Source: an uncultured Pelagibacteraceae bacterium (lineage in GTDB: Bacteria; Pseudomonadota; Alphaproteobacteria; Pelagibacterales; Pelagibacteraceae). From it: DNA of 64,000 bases. Positions within the stretch are counted from its first letter, which is position 1. Each line of letters begins with the position of its first letter. Under the pieces are notes generated by a model. The model saw only the letters and a list, made by a program, of their open reading frames with translations. It did not search any database and was not told the DNA's origin. The position numbers and the translations under genes are program-made. Of this stretch, positions 25,710 to 36,513 are shown piece by piece. The DNA lies in the NCBI GenBank assembly GCA_902543375.1, contig CACBYE010000004.1:5869-69868 (forward strand), in the 5' to 3' direction.

Positions 25710-28376
25710 ATGGCAGACAAATCGTTAAATGAAATAAGAAGCACTTTTCTTAAATACTTCGAAAAAAATGATCATAAAATTGTTGAGTCTAGCAATTTAG
25801 TTCCAAACAACGACCCAACATTGATGTTTGCAAACTCTGGAATGGTTCAGTTTAAAAACGTTTTTACTGGTTTAGAAAAAAGAGATTATCAAAGAGCAAC
25901 CACATCACAAAAATGTGTGAGAGCAGGTGGTAAACATAATGATTTAGAAAATGTTGGTTATACACCAAGACACCATACTTTTTTTGAAATGTTGGGAAAT
26001 TTTTCTTTTGGAGATTATTTTAAAGAAAGAGGTATTGAACTCGCATGGAATTTAATTACCAAAGACTTTGGTCTGGATAAAAACAGAATTTATGTAACCG
26101 TTTTTCATGAGGACGATGAAGCCTTCAATTTTTGGAAGAAAATAGGGGGTTTTAGTGACGATAGAATAATTAGAATTTCAACATCTGATAACTTTTGGTC
26201 AATGGGGGAGACAGGACCCTGTGGACCTTGCTCAGAAATATTTTATGATCACGGAGATCATTTAAAAGGTGGATTGCCAGGAACGAAAGATCAAGATGGA
26301 GATCGTTTTATTGAAATTTGGAACCTAGTTTTCATGCAATATGAGCAAGTTTCAAAAGATAAAAGAATAGATTTACCAAAACCATCTGTCGATACAGGAA
26401 TGGGTTTAGAAAGAATTGCAGCACTTTTACAGGGTACACATGATAATTATCAAACGGATCATTTTAAGAAACTAATAAGCTCAATATCTGAATTAACCAA
26501 AGTCAAACAACAAGATAAAAATATATCCAGTTTTAGAGTGATTGCCGATCACTTAAGAGCGAGCTCATTTCTTTTAGCTGAAGGTGTTCTACCTTCAAAT
26601 GAGGGTCGTGGATATGTCCTAAGAAGAATTATGAGAAGAGGCATGAGACATTCTCATTTGTTAGGATCTAAAGAACCAATCTTTTATAAAATTTTCGATA
26701 CTTTAAAAAACGAGATGTCAGGAAATTATCCAGAGCTTGAAAGGTCTCAATCTTTAATCAAAGAGACTTTAAGAATGGAGGAGGAAAAATTTTTAGTTTT
26801 ACTAGATAGAGGTATCAAAATTTTGAATGATCAAATTGCAAAAATAGATAAAGTTTTACCTGGTGATGTAGCATTCAAATTATATGACACCTACGGTTTT
26901 CCTCTAGATCTTACAGAAGACATCTTAAAGAATAAATCATTGACAGTTGATCATAATAAATTTGATGAATTAATGATGAAAAGTAAAGAACTTGCAAAAA
27001 AGAATTGGAAAGGTTCTGGAGATAGTTCTGAGGAAGCAATATGGTTTTCAATTAAAGATAAAGCTGGTCCGACAGAATTTTTAGGTTACGAGTCTAATCA
27101 GTCTGAAGGTATCGTATTAAATTTAATTAAAAATAACAAAGAAGTAAAATCTTTATCTACCGGTGAAGAGGGCATGATTATAACTAATCAAACTCCTTTT
27201 TATGGTGAGTCAGGAGGACAAATTGGAGACAAAGGGATAATTGTTTCTGGTAATTCTATTTTTGAAGTAGAGGATACTCAAAAAAAACTTGGAGACTTAT
27301 TTGTTCATTATGGATCTTTGAAAACTGGAGAAATAAAGATTAACGACGTCATTGAAATGAAAATAGATGTTGAAAGAAGAAATAATTTAAAAGCTTATCA
27401 TTCTGCTACACACTTACTCCACGAGTCATTAAGAAGAACCTTGGGCAAACATGTTATGCAAAAAGGATCATTAGTTGCTCCAGATCGATTAAGATTTGAC
27501 TTTAGTCATATGAAACCAATTACCAATGAAGAGTTGGAGACTATTGATAAGTTGGTTAATGAATACGTCTCAAATAGTTCTGAAGTAACAACAAGAATTA
27601 TGACACCAAAAGCAGCCATTGAAAAAGGTGCGCTCGCTTTCTTTGGAGAAAAATATGGAGACGAAGTTCGTGTGGTATCTATGGGTAAGGAAAAAAAAGC
27701 ATATTTTTCAACAGAATTGTGTGGAGGAACACATGTTAAAAATACTGGTGATATTGGAAAATTTAAAACCGTAAGCCAATCATCCATTGCTGCGGGTGTT
27801 AGAAGAGTTGAAGCGCTAAGAGATAAACAACTTGAGGACTTTATTAGTAATAAAGAAAAGTTATCAACTTTATCTACTCAAAAGGATGAAGAAACTATTA
27901 AAGACTTATCATCTCAAATTATAAAACTTGGAGGCAAACCAAATGTTGATAACAAAGATTTTAAAGAAATCATAAAAAATCTTTCAAGACAACTTGAACA
28001 GCTCAACGTTAGTTCGGTTCTTCAAGATAAAACAAAAAACATTATTAAAGATCATAAGATAAATAATATAAAAGTTAGATTTCAAAAAGTACAAGATTTG
28101 CCTCCGAAAGATTTAAGAAAATTAATTGATAATGGTAAAAAAGAATTAGGTGACGGTATTGTAGTTGTTTTTGCAAGTAGTGAAGATAAGGTCGGCCTGG
28201 CAGTTGGTATTACTGATAAATTGCTCGACAAATACGATGCAGTTAGATTTGCAAAATTAGGATCAGAAACAATTGGTGGAAAAGGTGGTGGTGGTAGAAA
28301 AGATTTTGCTCAGGCAGGGGGTCAAGATAAGAGCAAAATTGATGAAGCTTTTGAAAAAATTAAATCCTTAATTTAA
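25710..28376 (+). CDS. alaS: alanine--tRNA ligase
   Basis: 888 aa. Motifs [19 protein letters not shown] and the editing-domain HSATHLLH, plus a C-terminal DHHA1-like region with GGGGR. Confidence 0.95.
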   Translation: MADKSLNEIRSTFLKYFEKNDHKIVESSNLVPNNDPTLMFANSGMVQFKNVFTGLEKRDYQRATTSQKCVRAGGKHNDLENVGYTPRHHTFFEMLGNFSFGDYFKERGIELAWNLITKDFGLDKNRIYVTVFHEDDEAFNFWKKIGGFSDDRIIRISTSDNFWSMGETGPCGPCSEIFYDHGDHLKGGLPGTKDQDGDRFIEIWNLVFMQYEQVSKDKRIDLPKPSVDTGMGLERIAALLQGTHDNYQTDHFKKLISSISELTKVKQQDKNISSFRVIADHLRASSFLLAEGVLPSNEGRGYVLRRIMRRGMRHSHLLGSKEPIFYKIFDTLKNEMSGNYPELERSQSLIKETLRMEEEKFLVLLDRGIKILNDQIAKIDKVLPGDVAFKLYDTYGFPLDLTEDILKNKSLTVDHNKFDELMMKSKELAKKNWKGSGDSSEEAIWFSIKDKAGPTEFLGYESNQSEGIVLNLIKNNKEVKSLSTGEEGMIITNQTPFYGESGGQIGDKGIIVSGNSIFEVEDTQKKLGDLFVHYGSLKTGEIKINDVIEMKIDVERRNNLKAYHSATHLLHESLRRTLGKHVMQKGSLVAPDRLRFDFSHMKPITNEELETIDKLVNEYVSNSSEVTTRIMTPKAAIEKGALAFFGEKYGDEVRVVSMGKEKKAYFSTELCGGTHVKNTGDIGKFKTVSQSSIAAGVRRVEALRDKQLEDFISNKEKLSTLSTQKDEETIKDLSSQIIKLGGKPNVDNKDFKEIIKNLSRQLEQLNVSSVLQDKTKNIIKDHKINNIKVRFQKVQDLPPKDLRKLIDNGKKELGDGIVVVFASSEDKVGLAVGITDKLLDKYDAVRFAKLGSETIGGKGGGGRKDFAQAGGQDKSKIDEAFEKIKSLI

Positions 28377-29582
28377 TTTCATTTTTAAATTTTTATCAAT
28401 TTCATCTAGAAATTGATTTGTTGTTAAATACTTGCTCGACGGTCCAATTAATATAGCTAGATCTTTTGTCATCGAGCCACTTTCTACACATCCAATACAA
28501 ACTTGTTCAATAGTATTCGCAAACTTAATAAGTTCATTATTTCCATCTAATTTACCTCGATGTGCCAGGCCTCTCGTCCAGGCAAAAATTGAGGCAATAG
28601 GATTGGTTGATGTCTCTTTTCCCTGTTGGTGCATTCTATAGTGTCTTGTAACAGTCCCATGGGCAGCTTCAGCTTCCATAATTTTTCCGTCAGGTGTTAA
28701 AAGTGTACTCGTCATTAAACCTAATGATCCATAGCCTTGAGCCATGGTATCAGACTGAACATCACCATCATAATTTTTACAAGCCCAAATATATTTACCA
28801 CTCCATTTCATTGCACAAGCTACCATGTCATCAATTAATCTATGCTCATAAGTTATTTTTTCTTTTTCAAATTTTTCTTTAAATTCTTTGTTAAAGACTG
28901 CCTCAAAAATATCTTTAAATCTTCCATCATATTTTTTAAGAATAGTATTTTTTGTTGAAAGATAAACTGGCCATTTTTTTATTAATCCATAATTAAAACA
29001 AGACCTTGCAAAATCCTCGATTGACTTATCTAAGTTATACATTGAAAGTGCAACTCCTGGTCCAGTAAAATTAAATACCTCATACTTAATTTCATCCTTA
29101 CCATCTTCAGATGTCCATTTAACTTCCATCTTACCTTTGCCTGGAACTTTAAAATCAGTTGCTCTGTATTGATCTCCAAAAGCATGTCTACCAATCACCA
29201 CTGGGTCTGACCATGACGGTACTAATTTGGGGATGTTGGAACAAATAATTGGTTCTCTAAAAACAGTCCCACCGATAATATTTCTTATTGTTCCGTTTGG
29301 TGATCTCCACATTTTTTTTAAATTAAATTCATCAACTCGTGCTTCATCAGGTGTAATTGTTGCGCACTTTATACCTACACCAATTTTCTTAATTGCATTT
29401 GCAGCGTCAATTGTAATCTGGTCATCAGAGTCATCCCTGCTTTTCATTCCTAAGTCGTAATACTCAATGCCGATATCAAGATAAGGAAGGATTAATTTTT
29501 TTTTGATAAATTCCCAGATTATTCTGGTCATTTCATCACCATCTAACTCTACTATGGGGCTTTTTACAGTAATTTTGCTCAC
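28368..29582 (-). CDS. icd: NADP-dependent isocitrate dehydrogenase, eukaryote-like homodimeric type
   Basis: 404 aa. N-terminus [17 protein letters not shown]..., then KCATITPDE and [19 protein letters not shown], nearly colinear with human IDH1 as I remember it. Confidence 0.93.
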   Translation of the reverse strand: MSKITVKSPIVELDGDEMTRIIWEFIKKKLILPYLDIGIEYYDLGMKSRDDSDDQITIDAANAIKKIGVGIKCATITPDEARVDEFNLKKMWRSPNGTIRNIIGGTVFREPIICSNIPKLVPSWSDPVVIGRHAFGDQYRATDFKVPGKGKMEVKWTSEDGKDEIKYEVFNFTGPGVALSMYNLDKSIEDFARSCFNYGLIKKWPVYLSTKNTILKKYDGRFKDIFEAVFNKEFKEKFEKEKITYEHRLIDDMVACAMKWSGKYIWACKNYDGDVQSDTMAQGYGSLGLMTSTLLTPDGKIMEAEAAHGTVTRHYRMHQQGKETSTNPIASIFAWTRGLAHRGKLDGNNELIKFANTIEQVCIGCVESGSMTKDLAILIGPSSKYLTTNQFLDEIDKNLKMKLN

Positions 29583-29655
29583 TTTAATTATATCTTAATA
29601 ATTGAATTTCGTAATTTTATATACATATTAATGACAAATTATCAAATAGAAGAAC

Positions 29656-30303
29656 ATGTTTAGTAAAATTTTTCCGAAAATTCACGCTGAGGGATACAAG
29701 TTCCTTGTTATTGCAGGAGTTATAACAATCATACTTTATACTTTAAGTGATTTTTTAGGTTTAATTGGTTTAGTTTTAACAATCTGGGTTTATTATTTTT
29801 TTAGAGATCCTGATAGAGTTATTATCGAAGATGACAATTATTTAGTTAGCCCTGCTGATGGTGAAATTTTAAAAGTTGAAGAGGTAGATGGTCCAAAAGA
29901 ATTAGGTTTAGAAAATAAAAAATTTAACAAAATAAGTGTTTTCATGAATGTTTTTGATTGTCATGTAAACAGAACTCCATGTGCAGGAAAAATCGAGGAA
30001 ATTTTATATAAGCCTGGAAAATTTTTTAATGCCTCTCTTGATAAAGCAAGTGAAGATAACGAGAGAAATTATTTTAAGATTAAAGATACAGATGGTAATG
30101 ATGTCATTGTAGTTCAAATAGCTGGTCTTGTTGCAAGAAGAATAGTTTGTGAGTCTAATAAAGATCAAGAATTAAAACAAGGTGATAGAATTGGAATGAT
30201 TAGATTTGGAAGTAGGGCAGATGTATATTACGAAAATTACCAACCATTAGTAAAAGTAGGTCAAAAAGCTATTTCAGGTGAAACACTATTAGCAAAAAGA
30301 TAA
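29656..30303 (+). CDS. psd: phosphatidylserine decarboxylase proenzyme, short form
   Basis: 215 aa with an N-terminal TM segment. Self-cleavage motif FGSR near the C-terminus. Followed directly by pssA. Confidence 0.85.
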   Translation: MFSKIFPKIHAEGYKFLVIAGVITIILYTLSDFLGLIGLVLTIWVYYFFRDPDRVIIEDDNYLVSPADGEILKVEEVDGPKELGLENKKFNKISVFMNVFDCHVNRTPCAGKIEEILYKPGKFFNASLDKASEDNERNYFKIKDTDGNDVIVVQIAGLVARRIVCESNKDQELKQGDRIGMIRFGSRADVYYENYQPLVKVGQKAISGETLLAKR

Positions 30304-31107
30304 ATGGAACAACCAAAAAATAACTTAAAGATTGTAGCAGATAAAAAAAGAGCAAGAATGATTTTACCAAACATGCTTACATTGATTGGAGTATGCATTG
30401 GTTTAACATCAATCCGATTTGCTTTAGATGGAAGATTCGAACTAGCAATTATAGCAATCCTTTTTGCAGCTTTAATTGATGGTCTAGATGGACGTATAGC
30501 AAGATTAATAAAAGGCACTTCTAAAGTTGGAAAAGAATTAGACTCACTTACTGACATGATCAGTTTTGGGGTAGCTCCAGCATTTATAATGTATTTCTGG
30601 AAACTTAACACACTAGGAAGATTTGGTTGGTTGCTTTGTTTGGTTTATGTAATTTGTGTTGCATTACGTTTAGCGAGATTTAACGTAAACTCAAACCAAG
30701 AACCTTCTTGGAGAGATAATTTTTTTGAAGGTGTTCCTTCACCTGCTGGTGGAATTTTGGTTTTAATTCCTTTAATTATTAGCTTAAGTGGATTTAATTT
30801 TATTCAATTAAACTATAATTTAATGGTGCCAATTTTTTTTATTGTAACCTCATTCTTACTCATCAGTAAATTTCCAAGTTATTCTTTTAAAAAGATAGTG
30901 ATCCCAAGAAAAACAACTATATTCCTTTTATTTGGAATTGTTTTATTTTTCGGTCTTTTATTAATTTATACTTTTAACGTAATTGCAATAAGTTCTGCTA
31001 TTTATTTGCTTTTATTACCAATAAGTTTTTTACATTTTCAAAAAATGAAGAAACAACATGAAAATGACAAAATTCAAGACGAAGATGACCTTGAAGACGT
31101 ACTTTAA
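30304..31107 (+). CDS. pssA: CDP-diacylglycerol--serine O-phosphatidyltransferase
   Basis: 267 aa. CDP-alcohol phosphatidyltransferase motif DGLDGRIARL...G.ELDSLTD. Multi-TM protein. Confidence 0.85.
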   Translation: MEQPKNNLKIVADKKRARMILPNMLTLIGVCIGLTSIRFALDGRFELAIIAILFAALIDGLDGRIARLIKGTSKVGKELDSLTDMISFGVAPAFIMYFWKLNTLGRFGWLLCLVYVICVALRLARFNVNSNQEPSWRDNFFEGVPSPAGGILVLIPLIISLSGFNFIQLNYNLMVPIFFIVTSFLLISKFPSYSFKKIVIPRKTTIFLLFGIVLFFGLLLIYTFNVIAISSAIYLLLLPISFLHFQKMKKQHENDKIQDEDDLEDVL

Positions 31108-32018
31108 TGAAAAAAAATGTAATTGTTTCTTTAGCAGATGCTAATTATTTTCCTTTACTAGATGAACTCATAGACTCCATTAAAAGATTTAAGGAAAGCG
31201 AAAATGTTGCGATCTGTATTTTAGATGCAGGATTAAATCAAAGTCAGATAGAAAAATTATCAGAAAAAGTAGACGAAATTAAAACTGCAGAGTGGGATAT
31301 TGAAGTACCTGATTATAAGGTTAAAGATAAAGAGTGGCTAAAAAGTCAAGTATCAAGGGCATTCCTACCTAAATATTTTCCAAGCTATGAAAAATATTTG
31401 TGGATTGATTGTGATGCTTGGGTAAATGATTGGAATTGTGTAGAGTTATATTTTAAGGCTTGCGATGATGGGAAACTTGGCATCACTCAAACAATTGGTC
31501 CCGGATATAAAGTGACTTCAAAAGTAAATTGGTTATTTGGAAAATTAGCTTTAGTAAAATCTCAAAATTTTAAACATGCTGTAAAATCAAATATTGGTTA
31601 TGCCGATGCAAGGAAATTAGCTTTTGCACCACATATCAATATTGGAGTTTTTTCGTTAGAAAAAGATTCTAAAGCATGGAGTATTTGGCAAAATAATTTA
31701 TCGAAAACTTTAAAAGCAGGTAATATTTTTGGATCTGAGGGTTTAGCTATAAATATTTCTGTTTACATTGATAATCTAGAGACTGAGTTTCTTCCCTTAA
31801 ATTGTAATTGGATCACAAGTAATTTACTTCCAAAGTACGATCAAAAACAAGGTACATTTGTTGAGCCGTATTTACCAAATTATAAAATTGGTATAATGCA
31901 TCTTGCAGCAGGTATTTGGAAAGATGGTAAGGATATGCGGGTAGATAAAAATATTAAAATTGAATTAGAAACTTTAGATAAAGATAAAATACAAAAGAGT
32001 TTAAGATATAATATTTAA
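31107..32018 (+). CDS. putative GT8-like (GT-A fold) glycosyltransferase
   Basis: 303 aa. N-terminal VSLADANYFPLL...ICILDAGL and a DxD-like WIDCDAW motif in the positions typical of family 8 glycosyltransferases. No TM segment. Confidence 0.45.
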   Translation: MKKNVIVSLADANYFPLLDELIDSIKRFKESENVAICILDAGLNQSQIEKLSEKVDEIKTAEWDIEVPDYKVKDKEWLKSQVSRAFLPKYFPSYEKYLWIDCDAWVNDWNCVELYFKACDDGKLGITQTIGPGYKVTSKVNWLFGKLALVKSQNFKHAVKSNIGYADARKLAFAPHINIGVFSLEKDSKAWSIWQNNLSKTLKAGNIFGSEGLAINISVYIDNLETEFLPLNCNWITSNLLPKYDQKQGTFVEPYLPNYKIGIMHLAAGIWKDGKDMRVDKNIKIELETLDKDKIQKSLRYNI

Positions 32019-32630
32019 TTGAAAAAAAATAAAATTTCAAAAAATTGGGTAAATAAACAAAGACGAGATATATATGTGCGTCAATCAAAAGTTGAAGGAT
32101 ATAGAGCAAGATCCGCTTATAAAATAAAAGAGATAGATGAAAAATTTAAAATATTCAAAGGTGGGATGTCAGTTGTAGACATTGGAGCAGCTCCTGGAAG
32201 TTGGTCACAGTATGTTACAAAAGTCGTTAAGAATGGAAAAATAATTTCTATTGATTTAAAAGAAATGGAAAAAATAGAAAATACAATACAAATTCAGGGT
32301 GACTTTACTTCAATCGATACTCAAAATCAGATAAAAGATTATTTTAAAAGAAAACCTGATGTAGTCATGTCCGATATGGCTGTAAACACAACTGGGATCA
32401 AAAATATTGACTCAATCCAAACTGGTGAATTATGTAAAGAAGCTATGATTTTTTCAAAAGATGTGATTTCAGAAAAGGGTTTTTTTATTTCAAAAATATT
32501 TATGGGTAGCACCTTTAATGAAATTGTCGCACTGGGAAAAAAAATTTTTAAAGAAGTTAAGGTTTTTAAACCTAAATCAAGTAGAAAAGATTCTAAAGAA
32601 AGTTTCATAGTTTGTAAAAATCTAAGATAG
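32019..32630 (+). CDS. rlmE: 23S rRNA 2'-O-ribose methyltransferase RlmE (FtsJ)
   Basis: 203 aa with a TTG start. RSAYKIKEID and the SAM motif VVDIGAAPGSWSQY. Confidence 0.85.
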   Translation: MKKNKISKNWVNKQRRDIYVRQSKVEGYRARSAYKIKEIDEKFKIFKGGMSVVDIGAAPGSWSQYVTKVVKNGKIISIDLKEMEKIENTIQIQGDFTSIDTQNQIKDYFKRKPDVVMSDMAVNTTGIKNIDSIQTGELCKEAMIFSKDVISEKGFFISKIFMGSTFNEIVALGKKIFKEVKVFKPKSSRKDSKESFIVCKNLR

Positions 32631-32661
32631 TTTCTTTTAATTTGAGAGGAATCGTATATAA

Positions 32662-33744
32662 ATGATTATGGTTCCTATAAAAGAAGCACTTACCTTTGAT
32701 GATGTAACTTTAGCGCCCAAGTACTCTGAGATTTTACCATCAGAAGTTGACACCAGCATCAAACTTACAAATTATTTAAAATTAGATATTCCTCTCTTAT
32801 CTTCAGCAATGGATACTGTTACTGAAAGTAAGATGGCAATTGCAATAGCAAAAGCGGGTGGAATTGGAATTATTCATAGAAATTTAGATATAAAAAAACA
32901 AATTCTCGAAATTAAAAAAGTAAAAAAACAAAAACTATTAGTGGGTGCCGCTGTTGGAGCAGGACCTAGTGAACTTAAAAGAGCAGAGTCAATTTTAAGA
33001 GAAAAAACTGATATGATTGTAGTTGATACTGCCCATGGACACACAAAAAAAGTTTCAGAAATAATAAAGTTTATTAAAAAAAAAAAAGATAAAAAAACCG
33101 CCCTTTGTGCTGGCAATATTGCTACACCCTCTGCAGCAAAATTTTTGTTGAAGCTTGGTGTTGATGTCATAAAAGTTGGAATAGGACCAGGATCAATATG
33201 TACTACAAGATTAGTCGCAGGTATTGGTGTTCCACAACTTAGTGCAATATTAGAAGTTAGAAATGGAATAAAAAATAAAAATGTAAAGATTATTTCCGAT
33301 GGTGGAATAAAATATTCAGGTGATCTAGCAAAAGCGTTTGCTGCAGGAGCAGATGCAGTTATGATAGGCTCATTGTTTGCAGGGACAGATGAGGCACCAG
33401 GTAAATTGATTAAGAGAAATGGTAAACTCTTTAAAAATTTTAGAGGCATGGGTTCAGTTGGTGCTATGAACAAAGGATCTGCTGATCGCTACTTTCAATC
33501 AAGACAAAAAGATATATCTAAATACGTTCCTGAGGGGGTTGAAGGATTTGCGAAATATAAAGGTAAAGTTGGCAATATAATTTTCAAATTAGTTGGTGGA
33601 TTACGATCTTCTATGGGATACCTAGGATCAAGACAAATCAAATATTTAAGAGATAAACCACAGTTTGTTAAAATAACAAAAGCTGGTTTTTATGAAAGTA
33701 TGGTTCATAATGTTGATGTAATCAAAAGCGATAATAAATATTAA
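32662..33744 (+). CDS. guaB: IMP dehydrogenase lacking the CBS/Bateman subdomain
   Basis: 360 aa. Catalytic loop GIGPGSICTTR, DGGIKYSGD, GSLFAGTDEAPG and flap DRYFQ...VPEGVEG. The sequence ...IHRNLDIKKQILEIKKVKKQKLLVGAAVG joins directly the barrel strands that normally flank about 120 aa of CBS repeats. Confidence 0.85.
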   Translation: MIMVPIKEALTFDDVTLAPKYSEILPSEVDTSIKLTNYLKLDIPLLSSAMDTVTESKMAIAIAKAGGIGIIHRNLDIKKQILEIKKVKKQKLLVGAAVGAGPSELKRAESILREKTDMIVVDTAHGHTKKVSEIIKFIKKKKDKKTALCAGNIATPSAAKFLLKLGVDVIKVGIGPGSICTTRLVAGIGVPQLSAILEVRNGIKNKNVKIISDGGIKYSGDLAKAFAAGADAVMIGSLFAGTDEAPGKLIKRNGKLFKNFRGMGSVGAMNKGSADRYFQSRQKDISKYVPEGVEGFAKYKGKVGNIIFKLVGGLRSSMGYLGSRQIKYLRDKPQFVKITKAGFYESMVHNVDVIKSDNKY

Positions 33745-34181
33745 TGAAAAAAATTTTTAAAATAACAGTTCTGTTCTACTTTTTAATTAATTCTTCTAAT
33801 TTTTCTTTGAGCAGTGAAAATTTTTTCAATAAAGGACTAGAACTTTATAAAAAAGAAAAGTTTGAAGATGCTCGATTTATGTTTGAAAGAAGTATTGTAT
33901 TTAACCCAAAACATTCTAATTCATATTTGTATTTAGCTAAAATTTACAATAAGGAAAAAAATCAAAAGAAAGAGGAGAAAAATTTAGAGGCAACCCTATT
34001 AATCGAACCAAGCAATGAAGAAGCAATATTAATGTTAATGAACATTGCATTGGAGAAATCAAATTATTCTCAAGTAAAGAAATTATCAGAAGACTTTGTT
34101 AAAGTTTGCAAAAATTTATGTGATAAAAATAAAAGTATCTTAGAGTCTTTAGCAAACTTAGAACCAAAAAATGAGTCTTGA
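33744..34181 (+). CDS. secreted TPR-repeat protein, function unknown
   Basis: 145 aa with a signal-like N-terminus and TPR-like helices ([25 protein letters not shown]...). Overlaps guaB (TAATG) and guaA (11 nt). Confidence 0.55.
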   Translation: MKKIFKITVLFYFLINSSNFSLSSENFFNKGLELYKKEKFEDARFMFERSIVFNPKHSNSYLYLAKIYNKEKNQKKEEKNLEATLLIEPSNEEAILMLMNIALEKSNYSQVKKLSEDFVKVCKNLCDKNKSILESLANLEPKNES

Positions 34182-35733
34182 TCAAAATTTGAATAAAATT
34201 TTAATTGTCGATTTTGGCTCACAATTTACACAACTAATAGCCAGAAGGGTAAGAGAATTAGGAATATTTTCTGAGATTGTAAGTCATAAAAAAATTAAGA
34301 ATAAAGATATTAATTTCAAGGTTAAAGGTATTATCTTATCTGGAGGTCCACTTAATGTTTATCAAATTAATAGATATTCATTCGATAAAAGAATAATTCA
34401 AAAAGGAGTTCCTGTCCTAGGAATTTGTTTCGGACATCAAATAATTTCCAAAATTAATGGCGGAAAAGTAAAACAGTCAAAATATAGAGAATTTGGTTTA
34501 GCTAATATTTCAAAAAAAAATAATAGTCTTTTAATCAAAAACTTTTTTAAGAAAAAAAAATTTATTAAAGTTTGGATGAGTCATGCTGATCAAGTTTCAA
34601 GATTACCCAAAAATTTTAAGGTAATTGCATCAAGTGAAAATTCCAAATATGCAGTAGTTGAAAACAAGTTAAAAAATTATTATGGGGTTCAATTTCATCC
34701 AGAAGTAACACATACAGAAAACGGAAAAAAATTAATAAGTAATTTTATATTTTTGATATGCAAAATGAAAAAAAATTGGTCCTCTAAAGATCAAAAAATT
34801 AAATTGATAAATGATGTTAAAGAAATGGTTGGAGATAATAAAGTTATTTGTGCTTTATCAGGTGGAGTAGACAGCAGCGTGGTTGCGCAGTTGTTAAATA
34901 AAGCAATTGGTAAAAAGTTACACTGTATTTTTGTTAATACTGGTCTCTTAAGAAAAGACGAGGAAAAACAAGTTGTAGCTACATTTAAAAAAAGACTAAA
35001 GATTAATCTTACTTATGTGAATGCAGAAAAAGAGTTTATAAGAAAATTATCAAACATTTCGGATCCTGAAAAAAAAAGAAAGATAATAGGAAACCTATTT
35101 ATAAAAATATTTGAGCGGTATGCCAAAAAAATTGAAAATGTAAAATTTTTAGCTCAAGGCACACTTTATCCAGACTTAATAGAAAGTAGATCCGTTACAG
35201 GCAGTCAAACCTCAAAAATAAAATCTCACCATAATGTCGGTGGCTTACCCAAAAAAATGAAACTTAAACTAGTAGAGCCATTAAAATTTTTATTCAAAGA
35301 TGAAGTAAGAAAATTAGGATTAGAATTAAACTTGAGTAGAGAAATAATTTCTCGACACCCTTTTCCTGGACCTGGACTAGCGATAAGAATGCCAGGAATT
35401 ATTACTAAAGAAAAAATAAATATTTTAAAAGAAGCTGATCACTATTTTATTCAAGCCTTGAGAGATCACAATTTATATCACAAAATTTGGCAAGCTTATG
35501 CCGCATTACTTCCAGTGAAAACAGTTGGAGTAATGGGCGATAATAGAACTTATGAATATCTGTGTTTACTTAGAGCAATAACCTCAGAGGATGGCATGAC
35601 CGCAGATTTTTATGAATTTAAAAAATCATTTATACAAGAAATTTCAAATAAAATAGTGAATAGTATTAGAGGAATTAATAGAGTAGTTTACGATATAACT
35701 TCGAAACCACCGAGTACAATCGAATTAGAGTAA
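34171..35733 (+). CDS. guaA: GMP synthase (glutamine-hydrolysing)
   Basis: 520 aa. GATase domain (GICFGHQ, catalytic Cys), ATP-PPase motif SGGVDSSV, and C-terminal ...PPSTIELE. Confidence 0.95.
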   Translation: MSLDQNLNKILIVDFGSQFTQLIARRVRELGIFSEIVSHKKIKNKDINFKVKGIILSGGPLNVYQINRYSFDKRIIQKGVPVLGICFGHQIISKINGGKVKQSKYREFGLANISKKNNSLLIKNFFKKKKFIKVWMSHADQVSRLPKNFKVIASSENSKYAVVENKLKNYYGVQFHPEVTHTENGKKLISNFIFLICKMKKNWSSKDQKIKLINDVKEMVGDNKVICALSGGVDSSVVAQLLNKAIGKKLHCIFVNTGLLRKDEEKQVVATFKKRLKINLTYVNAEKEFIRKLSNISDPEKKRKIIGNLFIKIFERYAKKIENVKFLAQGTLYPDLIESRSVTGSQTSKIKSHHNVGGLPKKMKLKLVEPLKFLFKDEVRKLGLELNLSREIISRHPFPGPGLAIRMPGIITKEKINILKEADHYFIQALRDHNLYHKIWQAYAALLPVKTVGVMGDNRTYEYLCLLRAITSEDGMTADFYEFKKSFIQEISNKIVNSIRGINRVVYDITSKPPSTIELE

Positions 35734-36513
35734 ATGAATAAAAAGATAAAAAAAATTCTTAATAAAAAGAATAAATCAAAAATTGTTTGTCTAACAGCAT
35801 ACTCAAAAAATGTTGCCTCCATTTTGGATAAACATTGTGATTTAGTATTAGTTGGAGATTCATTAGGATCAGTTTTGTATAACTTTAATTCCACTAAGCA
35901 AGTAACTTTGGAAACTATGATTAATCACTCTAAAAGTGTCAGACTTGGCATCAAGAAATCATTAATGGTCGTTGATATGCCATATAATACATATCGAAAT
36001 CCAAGTGAGGCCTTGAAGAATTCAAGGACAGTTATGAAAGAAACGAAATGTGATGCTGTCAAATTAGAGGGAGGAAAAAAGATAATTCCCATGGTTAAAA
36101 AATTGGTAAAAAATAAAATACCAGTGATGGGGCATGTTGGAATATTACCTCAGACAGATAAAAAATTTACCTTTAAAGGAAAGAAACTTAGTGAAAGTAA
36201 GAGATTGTTAAATGATACTAGACTTTTAGAAAATGCTGGAGTTTTTTCAATTGTGTTAGAGTGCGTAGAAACAAAGTTATCAAAGAAAATTTCAAATCAT
36301 ATTAATATCCCAACAATAGGGATTGGTTCCTCAGTTAATTGCGATGGTCAAGTTTTGGTAATAGATGATTTAATTGGTTTAAGTCAAAGCAAATTAAAAT
36401 TTGTAAAAAAATTTGTTGATATTACAAAACTAATTGAAATTGGGGTGAAAAAATATAAATCAGAGGTATTAAATAAACAGTTTCCAAAAGCTAAACATTC
36501 TTTTTTAAAATGA
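35734..36513 (+). CDS. panB: 3-methyl-2-oxobutanoate hydroxymethyltransferase
   Basis: 259 aa. Motifs LTAYS, VGDSLG and VKLEGG. Confidence 0.9.
   Translation: MNKKIKKILNKKNKSKIVCLTAYSKNVASILDKHCDLVLVGDSLGSVLYNFNSTKQVTLETMINHSKSVRLGIKKSLMVVDMPYNTYRNPSEALKNSRTVMKETKCDAVKLEGGKKIIPMVKKLVKNKIPVMGHVGILPQTDKKFTFKGKKLSESKRLLNDTRLLENAGVFSIVLECVETKLSKKISNHINIPTIGIGSSVNCDGQVLVIDDLIGLSQSKLKFVKKFVDITKLIEIGVKKYKSEVLNKQFPKAKHSFLK

Noticed and set aside
30261-30611. 116-aa ORF antisense to the psd/pssA junction
   Set aside because: It overlaps two well-supported genes and has no family signature. It is most likely a frame left open by chance.
32874-33473. 199-aa ORF antisense to guaB
   Set aside because: It lies entirely inside a confidently identified gene on the other strand. 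It has a low-complexity, Pro/Phe/Ser-rich composition typical of antisense frames, no recognisable motifs and no start context.
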